Sequence record: PQ287642.1
Direction: 5' to 3' (one strand)
DNA: 64,000 nucleotides
How positions within the stretch are numbered: position 1 is the first letter of the stretch; each line of letters begins with the position of its first letter. Made by a program: the position numbers and the translations under genes. The notes beneath the pieces were generated by a model. The model worked only from the letters and a program-made list of their open reading frames with translations, searched no databases and had not been told where the DNA came from. Below, in pieces: positions 55,663 through 64,000 of the stretch.

Positions 55663-57756
55663 TTATTGCTGCTCGGTAACGTTCTCGCGGCGAACGGTTT
55701 CCAGTTGGAAGTTCAGAGTGGTGCGCGGGTTATTAGCCGCAACAGTCACAGTGCAAGTCCAGCTGGTGCCATTGTTCTCATCAATACCGGTGATCTCGGT
55801 ACGCGGGATCACGTCTACACGACCACCAAACAGATCACGAGTACGATCAAGGATCTCTTGGTCGCAACGTTCAACAAGCTGTTCTTTAGTCAGGAAAGCG
55901 TTACCCGAGAACTTAGCGTGGATCTTGTGGATCAACCGCATGATTACGCAGCAGATATTCACAGTGATCGGGCTAAGCAGTACCGATGTGTCGTCCAGAT
56001 ATACCGAACGCAGACACGGGTAGTAATTCGAACGATGGTCGTACGAAGTAGAGTAAGTTGCACCATTGGCCCAGAGGTTAGCCGATGTACGAGCATTGAA
56101 GAACGGTACGTTAAGCTTCTTAACCATGGTTACACGGTTATTCGGATCAACGTCCATTTCAGCGCCTGCACGTAGGATACCGGTGCCAGCACCAGCATAA
56201 CGCGACCACATCATGGCAACGTCGAGCAACTGCGGAACAAACTTATTGTAACCGCCGCCAACAAGCTTACCAGATTGCATTACAATCATCGCACGGCACA
56301 CAGGGGTACCATACAGGGTAGCTTCCGGGAAAGCCTTCAGACGAGTCATCAGAGCCTGTACACGGGATACTTCTTCAGATGCCGTCGGAAGACGGGTCTC
56401 ACCTTCAACAAAGGTAGTGAAGAAGTACTGTACGTCACGACGAGCAGACAATACTTGCATTGCCTTATATTTCGAGGCCATCGGCAGACCGGTGTCGTAC
56501 AGGATACCGAATTGATAGAGCGCAACGTTTTCGTACTGATCACCAAGCTTACCAAAATTGGTATTCTCGATGTCAACAAGTTTGACGTATTCATCCAGGG
56601 TAGTGGTACCGTCTTTACCGCCTTGGGCGTAGACAGTAGCGTTCTTACCTAGAAGCACACCACCTTCAATCGGACCTTCCAGTTTGATGGATTGATACGG
56701 GTCACCATCTTCACCAAGCATAGTGAGGAAGTCAATCTGACCAGGTGCATCGATATGTGCATTGATTGCCGGGTTTACACGGGTCTCTGCATCGTAGATA
56801 ATCTCGCGAACGAGTTCTACGTTGTCACGATATACATAGCACTGCGAGAACGGGCTATAAAGCGGGGACATACCCGACTCAATACCGTCGTCGTTATACT
56901 GATCGATAAGAACTTCATCGATGGTTAGATCACGATCATACTGTTCCGACCAAACACCTTCGTCGAACGATACGTTGACGTAGTCTTCATCGGTCTTGGT
57001 CTTGATGATGATCGGAGTGCTTGTCCCGTCCATGAGTTCAACGAATTGAACACGATACAGACGAGTCTTGAAGCGCTGGCCAGTGAATTCATCGTAGCCA
57101 TCCGGATCGAGCTGAGTCGGTGCCCAGATACGCATGCCCAGGTTATTACCGGACTGACCGAAGAACGAAGCGGGTAGTTCGAACAGCGGATATACAGTGG
57201 ACTGACTACCGTCCATACCGGAGACCATGGTACCCGGCAGGCGCCGTTGAGTACCCACTTCGGATTGGTTATCAGCAATCAGAACGATGCGTGCACGATA
57301 ACCTTCAACAGTATCGGTACCAGAAGCAATCGGACCATTACCAGTGTCAGTTACAGCATCAGGATAGTTAAAGCCACTGAGACGGGTCACAGAAGCAGGA
57401 ATCATGTCTTGGACCATTTCCAGGGCCACAGTGATTCGAGCAGGGTTACCAGCGTCTTCGGGTTTCAGGCGTTTAACATAGAAACCGTTACCTTGACCAA
57501 GCAGGTTCAGCGCCAGCAGCGATTGCTGGTTAAAATACTTGCTGCGTGGATCAAGAGAGCTTTGACCAAAGATAGATGCGAAGCCATCTTCGGAATCACC
57601 TACATAAGTGGTTTCAGTTGGGCCAGTCTCAGTGAAGAGACGAAGCAGAGGAGTGTGTTGGGCGAAAGTAATCTCGGGACGAATGAACGCCCGACGGCTA
57701 CGATCTCGAATCCCGTTAAACACAACCTTAGGAACAGCGTTGTAGTACGTGGACAT
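55663..57756 (-). CDS. Contractile tail sheath protein (phiKZ gp29-like)
   Basis: 697 aa; sheath-like C-terminus ([10 protein letters not shown]...[14 protein letters not shown]); synteny. Confidence 0.85.
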   Translation of the reverse strand: MSTYYNAVPKVVFNGIRDRSRRAFIRPEITFAQHTPLLRLFTETGPTETTYVGDSEDGFASIFGQSSLDPRSKYFNQQSLLALNLLGQGNGFYVKRLKPEDAGNPARITVALEMVQDMIPASVTRLSGFNYPDAVTDTGNGPIASGTDTVEGYRARIVLIADNQSEVGTQRRLPGTMVSGMDGSQSTVYPLFELPASFFGQSGNNLGMRIWAPTQLDPDGYDEFTGQRFKTRLYRVQFVELMDGTSTPIIIKTKTDEDYVNVSFDEGVWSEQYDRDLTIDEVLIDQYNDDGIESGMSPLYSPFSQCYVYRDNVELVREIIYDAETRVNPAINAHIDAPGQIDFLTMLGEDGDPYQSIKLEGPIEGGVLLGKNATVYAQGGKDGTTTLDEYVKLVDIENTNFGKLGDQYENVALYQFGILYDTGLPMASKYKAMQVLSARRDVQYFFTTFVEGETRLPTASEEVSRVQALMTRLKAFPEATLYGTPVCRAMIVMQSGKLVGGGYNKFVPQLLDVAMMWSRYAGAGTGILRAGAEMDVDPNNRVTMVKKLNVPFFNARTSANLWANGATYSTSYDHRSNYYPCLRSVYLDDTSVLLSPITVNICCVIMRLIHKIHAKFSGNAFLTKEQLVERCDQEILDRTRDLFGGRVDVIPRTEITGIDENNGTSWTCTVTVAANNPRTTLNFQLETVRRENVTEQQ

Positions 57757-57887
57757 CTTTATGTTTCTCCCAGATGTGGAGCTTTAAACTCGATGTTATG
57801 AGTGTTAACTAACAGTCAATCATAAATATTGTTCATAGTTGGCTGTGATAGTTATTTTTCCCTACCCATGAAAGGAGTAAAACGGTA

Positions 57888-58823
57888 ATGTTTTCGCTAC
57901 CGTATCAAACAACAGTCTGTGGGATCTATCCTAAATATCAACAGGTGATCGCAGCAGCCCGTCGGGCAGAAATTGATTTGCCATTCCCCCTGGTAGAAAC
58001 ACCCGGTGGAAATCAGTTAATGAACTCTGCGTTCGTAACACCTCGTGAAGAACACGAAGCAATTCCGAACTTCACTCAGATTATCAATGTGGGCGAACCC
58101 AATAAACCACGGCTTCTTATTGATAGCCGCCAATACATGAAGTTTGACGCTCGATCTCAGAAGTATTCTTTGATCGCTCAAAACGACTGGCAGTTCCAAT
58201 GCGTTCGTCTAGCTTTGAACAATCGCCTGCTTTCTGGCGACGAAGCTTTCTTTAATCGCTTATCGGACCTACCTGCAAAAGTATTCCATCGTTGGGTTAG
58301 CGGTGTATTGGTTACACGCTACAATCTACCGATCGAATCGCAGATGGCACTCTTTGTCATTACGGCTTATTACTATTACGCCATGTCCACCCCTGAACTT
58401 CGTCAACCGGGTGAAGAGCGTGAAAAATTTGCACCGATTATTTCTCGCTGCACTTCGGTGCCGCCAGAATTTGTACTCGATGTTGCCGCAACGATGGGTA
58501 AGCTGGAGAATGCCTCTGACCTCATTCATGAGATGTCAGTTAACTCCCGTCAACAGCGTACCGGTGAATTGAAGTTTGGGGATCTTTTTGCATTGATCTC
58601 GACTTCTTGGTTCGGTGTAAACTCCCGTGAAAACGTGGGTGTAGCCCTCGAACATTTACCGACTTTCATTGCATTGCTTTACATGGCAATTGCAGAACGC
58701 TCATACCGTAAAACAGTAATTACTCAACGAGTAGAATCGTTAGCTCGTGGAAACGAGCTTAAAGTCTTTACTGACCTCGTTTTCAAAGCGGTTTCCGAGC
58801 AATTCACACGTCTGCATCAGTAA
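57888..58823 (+). CDS. Virion structural protein (phiKZ gp28-like)
   Basis: 311 aa, AAAGGAG RBS; divergent from the sheath gene. Confidence 0.7.
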   Translation: MFSLPYQTTVCGIYPKYQQVIAAARRAEIDLPFPLVETPGGNQLMNSAFVTPREEHEAIPNFTQIINVGEPNKPRLLIDSRQYMKFDARSQKYSLIAQNDWQFQCVRLALNNRLLSGDEAFFNRLSDLPAKVFHRWVSGVLVTRYNLPIESQMALFVITAYYYYAMSTPELRQPGEEREKFAPIISRCTSVPPEFVLDVAATMGKLENASDLIHEMSVNSRQQRTGELKFGDLFALISTSWFGVNSRENVGVALEHLPTFIALLYMAIAERSYRKTVITQRVESLARGNELKVFTDLVFKAVSEQFTRLHQ

Positions 58824-58833
58824 TGGGTGATTA

Positions 58834-61530
58834 ATGAACGACTATCTATTGCGCTACGCAATTGAGAACGTTTGGTGTAACCCTACTCAGGATCGACAGT
58901 TCGTATATAAGCTCCGTCAATTAACTCCCCGCTACGGTGTACGGGGTAGTTACGTGGTGGAGCACGAACGTTATAAACTTCCACAAATCTCTACTCGTGA
59001 CTTCTGGCATATCTACCAAATCGGTCAGGTTATTCCTCGCCATCTTGGTATTCCAAAGCTGTTGAATAACTGGATCAGCCTTGAGCAACTGGGTAAAGAG
59101 GTACATACTCTCGCGGAAGTTTATGTCAGTAATGGAATTCAGTTCCCACGTTCTGAAACATATATCCTGGTAACCCAAACGCAAAACTTGCTTGTAGCTA
59201 TTCGACGAAATGATCGCTTCCCTGATTTGGACGAAGCCGAGAATAATCCATATCTCCATGTTTATCACAACGCGTATTTCAACTCTGATCGTAGCGATAT
59301 AGCAGCAGCCCGTTATATCGATGTGATGACTTTGACACCTAACTCTAACGAAGAGCTTCGTCAATTCCAAATTCAAATTATGGACTTGATTGAAACTAAA
59401 GGTGGTTACCCCCAGTACTTCGTTAACGGTAGGTTCGTACAAGAGATATCGTTAGTAACAGCTGGTCCGGGCGATTACTGTGAATTCATCCTTGATCCAA
59501 GTATTAAACGTGTAGTCGATTTAGATCTACGTGATCTTAAAACATTCAATTCTACGCTCGATAAAGAAAGGAAATATATCCTTCACTACGACGATAAGAA
59601 TGTCAACACGATTGAGTACTTCGACGATCTAGATGTTTATCTTTGCAAAAGGGGTTCATTGCCTGGTCGGTTCAGTGGTGTGATGTATCACCACAATGAA
59701 GGTAATTGGCTTCGAATGTTGACGCATAAAGACTATTCGGCTCCTGTTGATCGAATTCAGTCTTTCATCACAAGTCACCCTGAAGACCCACGCCATGCAA
59801 ATGATCCATCGCGCTGGCCTTCTGACAAATGGACAGGTATTGAAGATAAGTTCCTTCGCCTTTACATTCGTCATTCTGGATACGAACGACCTCTGGTAGC
59901 CGATGTTGGTCGCATTCAAGAACTCTATCGTTTATCCTCGGATAATATCCTTAGGGCCATGACTGGAGCAGACGCTACTTGCCCATTATGGAGAGCAGAG
60001 AATCTTGAACAATCGGCGTATGTTCAATTCATGTCCGCTGATCCAGATGTAATCTACCCTATCGCTTTCCAAGATCCTGATGAGATATCTCAGGGTAAGA
60101 TCGATGCCCAGAATTTTGCCGGTGATGTATTCGGTTACCATAAAGCCGCAGATATTCAGGCACATAATCCAACCAAGGTCCATGTTGACCAAGGTACAGT
60201 ATATGCAAGTCTTCCATACAACTATTGGGAGAATGCTACTGTTTTCGAATATGATTCGAAAGGGATTTTGTTGGGTTATTACCATCATGTCGCAGGGCGC
60301 CGATACCGCGTGGTAAATCAAACTGAATGTAAGATGGTAGAATGTATTACTGGTAAAGGTGATACCAATCTTCATGGTGTATTTGGTAATGGAACAGTCG
60401 ATCTTTCGGAAGGTTATAACTTCCGTCTTTACGTCTGTAAAGTCTGGGCTGGTGTACCAACCAACGAATGGATTGATATCACTGACCTACCTAATCGAAA
60501 TGATTGGGGTTTCCATGATACAACTGATATTGAACATCCTAAATGGACATGGACTGCTTTACCAAATGAATGGTACGGTTATGTCCGTATGGATAACTAC
60601 TTCTACCTGAAGGAAATGCGGTTTACTAAAGACCAGGGTATTATTCGATTTGGAATCGATAACTGGGAAGAGCATAACGGTGAACTAATCAACAAGCTCA
60701 TGGAGATCCCATTCGGACAACTAGATATCTTCTTAAATAATCGACCGATCATAAATGGTCTCGATTACTTTGATAAAGGTATTATGACTGTACTGAATAA
60801 CCATGAGTATTTGGTTGATGGTATTAATACCGTTCTTGTACGAGGTACCGGTTACTGTACTCCTGATCTTCAGCGTTATAAACCTGGTGAAGTTGGTTGG
60901 GTAGAGTATAATGTTCTTTCCAATAATGGTATTTACGATATCCATACGCACAAAATGCAAAGGATCATTGTAGATGGACATTACCGCGCCCGTGAAGATT
61001 TGGTGTTTGAGGAGGATAATAATTCTCTTCTGATTACCGATGAACGAAATGGAGCACCCTTCCAAATCCAAACACCGCAATCCACTTTCCGTGATGTTTA
61101 CGATACTGATCAGCAAGCACGTATCGCAGATGACGAACGTGATAAACAAGTTTCCGATTACATGACAGCGTATTTCCCTAAGAGAACACGCGATCAAGTT
61201 GACTCGGTTACACGTCGTTATGTGGTATATTCGGCATTCTCTAACAAAGTTCTCCATGACATTGTTAAGGGTACGCTGAAGCCACCGCTGGTTAATGGTC
61301 GTTACAACGAGATGGATATTGCTCGGGTTATGGCATCCTACGAGTGGTTGGTTCCGTTTGATATCCTAAACACAGATTACAACACCAACCATGTGGTAGT
61401 TTATCCACATTGGCATAGTGATCCTATTGGGTTAGATACTGATCAGTATGACTTCTACATTCGTGTACTGAAGTTGTATTTACAGCGCCCTATGGACATC
61501 GCGCCATTCGTATACCTAACGAGGACTTAA
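58834..61530 (+). CDS. Large virion/baseplate protein (phiKZ gp27-like)
   Basis: 898 aa beginning [14 protein letters not shown]; synteny. Confidence 0.7.
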   Translation: MNDYLLRYAIENVWCNPTQDRQFVYKLRQLTPRYGVRGSYVVEHERYKLPQISTRDFWHIYQIGQVIPRHLGIPKLLNNWISLEQLGKEVHTLAEVYVSNGIQFPRSETYILVTQTQNLLVAIRRNDRFPDLDEAENNPYLHVYHNAYFNSDRSDIAAARYIDVMTLTPNSNEELRQFQIQIMDLIETKGGYPQYFVNGRFVQEISLVTAGPGDYCEFILDPSIKRVVDLDLRDLKTFNSTLDKERKYILHYDDKNVNTIEYFDDLDVYLCKRGSLPGRFSGVMYHHNEGNWLRMLTHKDYSAPVDRIQSFITSHPEDPRHANDPSRWPSDKWTGIEDKFLRLYIRHSGYERPLVADVGRIQELYRLSSDNILRAMTGADATCPLWRAENLEQSAYVQFMSADPDVIYPIAFQDPDEISQGKIDAQNFAGDVFGYHKAADIQAHNPTKVHVDQGTVYASLPYNYWENATVFEYDSKGILLGYYHHVAGRRYRVVNQTECKMVECITGKGDTNLHGVFGNGTVDLSEGYNFRLYVCKVWAGVPTNEWIDITDLPNRNDWGFHDTTDIEHPKWTWTALPNEWYGYVRMDNYFYLKEMRFTKDQGIIRFGIDNWEEHNGELINKLMEIPFGQLDIFLNNRPIINGLDYFDKGIMTVLNNHEYLVDGINTVLVRGTGYCTPDLQRYKPGEVGWVEYNVLSNNGIYDIHTHKMQRIIVDGHYRAREDLVFEEDNNSLLITDERNGAPFQIQTPQSTFRDVYDTDQQARIADDERDKQVSDYMTAYFPKRTRDQVDSVTRRYVVYSAFSNKVLHDIVKGTLKPPLVNGRYNEMDIARVMASYEWLVPFDILNTDYNTNHVVVYPHWHSDPIGLDTDQYDFYIRVLKLYLQRPMDIAPFVYLTRT

Positions 61531-61531
61531 C

Positions 61532-63196
61532 ATGCTTCCTGTACCATACGGGAATTCCGACTACATGGACCCTAATAGGGGTTGGTGGGTTTGGAACCGC
61601 AAAGATATCGTCCAGCAAGCTGGACAAGTAAATAAGTGGGTCCCCAATATTGGGGACCTCGTTTGGGACCGCGAGAATGGCTGGTTCACAGTTGAGGATG
61701 TCGAAGAGGGTACTCACGTAGCTACTCTTAAAGAATGGTATCCTCCAACCAAAGTTGACCCCGATGGCGAAGAAAACGTACTGGTGGGCGTAGGTCCAGG
61801 CTATAGCTCCGAAAGCTACCGTCTGTTCCTTGATACCAGCGTTATTCCCCATACTCTCGCACCCGATAAACGTCTGCATTTTTATGGCTCGATGGTTGCT
61901 AGTTACAAAGTCTTTAAGGGTAGTGATATCTCTGAAGAATTTGGTAAGATCATCTCTGCTTTCTTCACTCCCTCTGGTGATTACACGGGTCCACTTATTC
62001 CAGTTGAGACAGTAACCGTCGGTAATGGCTCTCAGAACGTCATTAAGGCCCCTATGGTTGGTTTTACAGCCGAGGAGATGGATGACGGTGAGCGTTGCAC
62101 CTTGGTGGCCTACGATGACCTTGGCGGGGTTGTGTCGATAGCACAGTTGCTCGTACAAAACACGAAAGCAATTCGACAGTCTGATAATTCGAAGAAGTAC
62201 ATTGCCGGTATCGAGATCGAGAGTCCGTTCCTGTCTGCTGCCGATCCTAAGGTTATTGAATTCCCGCTGAACGTAAACGTTGAATCTCTTCCGATGGTTG
62301 GTATGATTAACTATCGTGGTGGTTCTAAAGTACGTCGCGGTATCGATAACTCGACAATGTTCTTGTTTGGCATGGAAAACTATATCGCTACTGAGATTGG
62401 ACAGGAGTTCCCGCTTACTCTTGCTTACCAGTTAGCAGACGATGAAATTTCCTATGCGTTGACACCAACAGCAAATCGTCGGATTACAGAAAACTACATT
62501 GCCCGTACAACTGCTGCCGATGGAGCTTACGAATGCCGTCTATTCGTTTATCCAGTATGGCAAAACGTTACTGCTGGCTACCGTCTGGAATTCTGGCTTT
62601 ACAACTTGGATCGCCAACGTTTCTACAACGTTACTTCTTTGGTTGAACTTGGTGTTAACTCAGCACCATTCAATCCGAAGGGTTATGGTAATCTACAAAC
62701 GCTTACCTACGCTGTTAACCTGAACAAGGTCGATGGTCGTTTCGCACCACATCGATTCGTTACTACATTCCAAGTTGCGCTCCTGACATCTGGTGAAAAC
62801 CGTGATGCTAACTGGGAAATCTACACTCGTCCTGATGTAGACGCAGCTTATGGACGTGGTCTGAAAGCCGATCTGGAATACATCCAAACCAACGCTTGGG
62901 ATCTACGTCTCCAGAACGGAGCTAATACCAAAGAAGCATGGTTGCGGAAGATGTATGAAGCAGCCGAGCCTCTTGTAAATCCGGACTCTGAGATTGTGGC
63001 TCCTACACCGACTCACTTTGTATTGCATTTCTTGCATAACAAATACGAGTTCAGTGTTGAACAATGGAAAGATAAGTTGCGTGTTAATAACGATCTTGCC
63101 GATGGAGAGCTTCTCTACATCCAATGGATTCGTCGTGAATACGACACTGATCTTCAATTGGCGATGACCGGTATTCCAGTACTGAAACGCGCTTAA
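61532..63196 (+). CDS. Virion/baseplate protein (phiKZ gp26-like)
   Basis: 554 aa; synteny. Confidence 0.7.
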   Translation: MLPVPYGNSDYMDPNRGWWVWNRKDIVQQAGQVNKWVPNIGDLVWDRENGWFTVEDVEEGTHVATLKEWYPPTKVDPDGEENVLVGVGPGYSSESYRLFLDTSVIPHTLAPDKRLHFYGSMVASYKVFKGSDISEEFGKIISAFFTPSGDYTGPLIPVETVTVGNGSQNVIKAPMVGFTAEEMDDGERCTLVAYDDLGGVVSIAQLLVQNTKAIRQSDNSKKYIAGIEIESPFLSAADPKVIEFPLNVNVESLPMVGMINYRGGSKVRRGIDNSTMFLFGMENYIATEIGQEFPLTLAYQLADDEISYALTPTANRRITENYIARTTAADGAYECRLFVYPVWQNVTAGYRLEFWLYNLDRQRFYNVTSLVELGVNSAPFNPKGYGNLQTLTYAVNLNKVDGRFAPHRFVTTFQVALLTSGENRDANWEIYTRPDVDAAYGRGLKADLEYIQTNAWDLRLQNGANTKEAWLRKMYEAAEPLVNPDSEIVAPTPTHFVLHFLHNKYEFSVEQWKDKLRVNNDLADGELLYIQWIRREYDTDLQLAMTGIPVLKRA

Positions 63197-63234
63197 GGCA
63201 TAGTGCCGTCTCATTAGAGACGGCTTTATGTCGT
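63197..63234 (+). terminator. Hairpin with TATG on both sides
   Basis: GGCATA-GT-GCCGTCTC-ATTA-GAGACGGC-TTTATGTCGT. Confidence 0.8.
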
Positions 63235-63263
63235 TTTAGTATGTAACAAATAGGAGCTGGACC

Positions 63264-63914
63264 ATGATTGAAATTTTACTATCGGTCAACTCTAAAAGAG
63301 CTAAACCAAGTGTTTTACCTACTGAACTGATAGCCGGTGATTCGACACTAGGTTATTTTGGTACAGTTACAGCTGCCGATTTCATTGGCGCTGAACAAAT
63401 GAACGATGTACACGGTTTTTCTGGTAATCCGTATGGAACGCGAATGCCAGATCAAACAGATGTAGATTGGTTAATGTTCTCTTTAAATGACAGACGACTC
63501 TTAGTCTCTACAAAGACTATCCGTCATTCAATGTCCTTTGATCAATTAGTTTTGGCCATTAATAACTTCAATACTAATTCATCTAAAGTAAAAGATATTG
63601 ATTGTAAGATATCTTATCTGTCAGGCGGTGCAAGTGGTTCCCCAGCCAACTCGGAGTGGGGTCAGCTGATGTACCGTGTATCCGCGAATGATCCAACTGG
63701 AACATTCTGGGAAAATTTAAGTAATGAGGATCTTGGATTTGTACATCCAAGTAACCTCGGTATTTGGACATGGACACCCACTAATGGTAACACTGGGTCT
63801 CCTAGGTTCAAAGTCTTACGTGGTGGACCTAATGGCGTAACAGGGTGGGGGCAGAACGCACCATCTCAACCTAACGTAGGTTATGGTTGGCGCCCAGTAC
63901 TAGAGTTAATCTAG
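63264..63914 (+). CDS. Virion protein of a phiKZ-like paralogous family
   Basis: 216 aa; GYFGTV...FI...WLMF...LLVSTKTIR and GWRPVLE patterns; AGGAG RBS. Confidence 0.6.
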   Translation: MIEILLSVNSKRAKPSVLPTELIAGDSTLGYFGTVTAADFIGAEQMNDVHGFSGNPYGTRMPDQTDVDWLMFSLNDRRLLVSTKTIRHSMSFDQLVLAINNFNTNSSKVKDIDCKISYLSGGASGSPANSEWGQLMYRVSANDPTGTFWENLSNEDLGFVHPSNLGIWTWTPTNGNTGSPRFKVLRGGPNGVTGWGQNAPSQPNVGYGWRPVLELI

Positions 63915-63920
63915 ATACAG

Positions 63921-63952
63921 AAGCTTTCCCTTCGGGGGAAGCTTTATGTCGT
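63921..63952 (+). terminator. Hairpin with TATGTCGT tail
   Basis: AAGCTTTCCC-TTCG-GGGGAAGCTT. Confidence 0.8.
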
Positions 63953-64000
63953 AAATTAACCCTAAAGGTATGAACCTTTTGTTTCTTTAAGGAAACGGTC

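Noticed and set aside
5395-63952. Recurring near-identical hairpins as a CRISPR array or REP/mobile repeat
   Set aside because: Dispersed singly at gene ends rather than regularly spaced; no cas or transposase genes
1-64000. tRNA and rRNA genes
   Set aside because: No cloverleaf or TTCGAATC T-arm in intergenic space; matches occur only inside CDSs

Overview
A 64-kb segment of a phiKZ-like, nucleus-forming jumbo phage (Chimalliviridae), probably infecting Pseudomonas; the chimallin resembles 201phi2-1 gp105 as I recall it. It follows the phiKZ gp80-to-gp26 gene order: a virion RNAP beta' piece, a tail-chaperone-like pair, an SF2 helicase, four non-virion RNAP subunits, PicA, ChmC, an SbcD-like nuclease, chimallin (ChmA), a family-B DNA polymerase, PhuZ tubulin, tail tube and sheath, and baseplate-type virion genes. 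Many small early genes are interspersed. phiKZ gp numbers are assigned from motifs plus remembered synteny, not from a database search. Eleven copies of an early-promoter motif (..TATATTAC) all lie on the minus strand, and about 20 hairpins carry a TATGYCG-type tail. Most notable: (1) an ORF-free, heavily base-paired ~350-nt RNA with a possible pseudoknot directly 3' of chmA, plus a smaller structured element upstream of it; (2) a likely -1 programmed frameshift joining the tail-chaperone pair; (3) a helicase split inside its Walker A motif at tandem slippery heptamers; (4) an origin-like intergenic region with a G-quadruplex motif and an 84% AT tract; (5) six consecutive small membrane-protein genes. 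No tRNA, rRNA, CRISPR array or intron was found.
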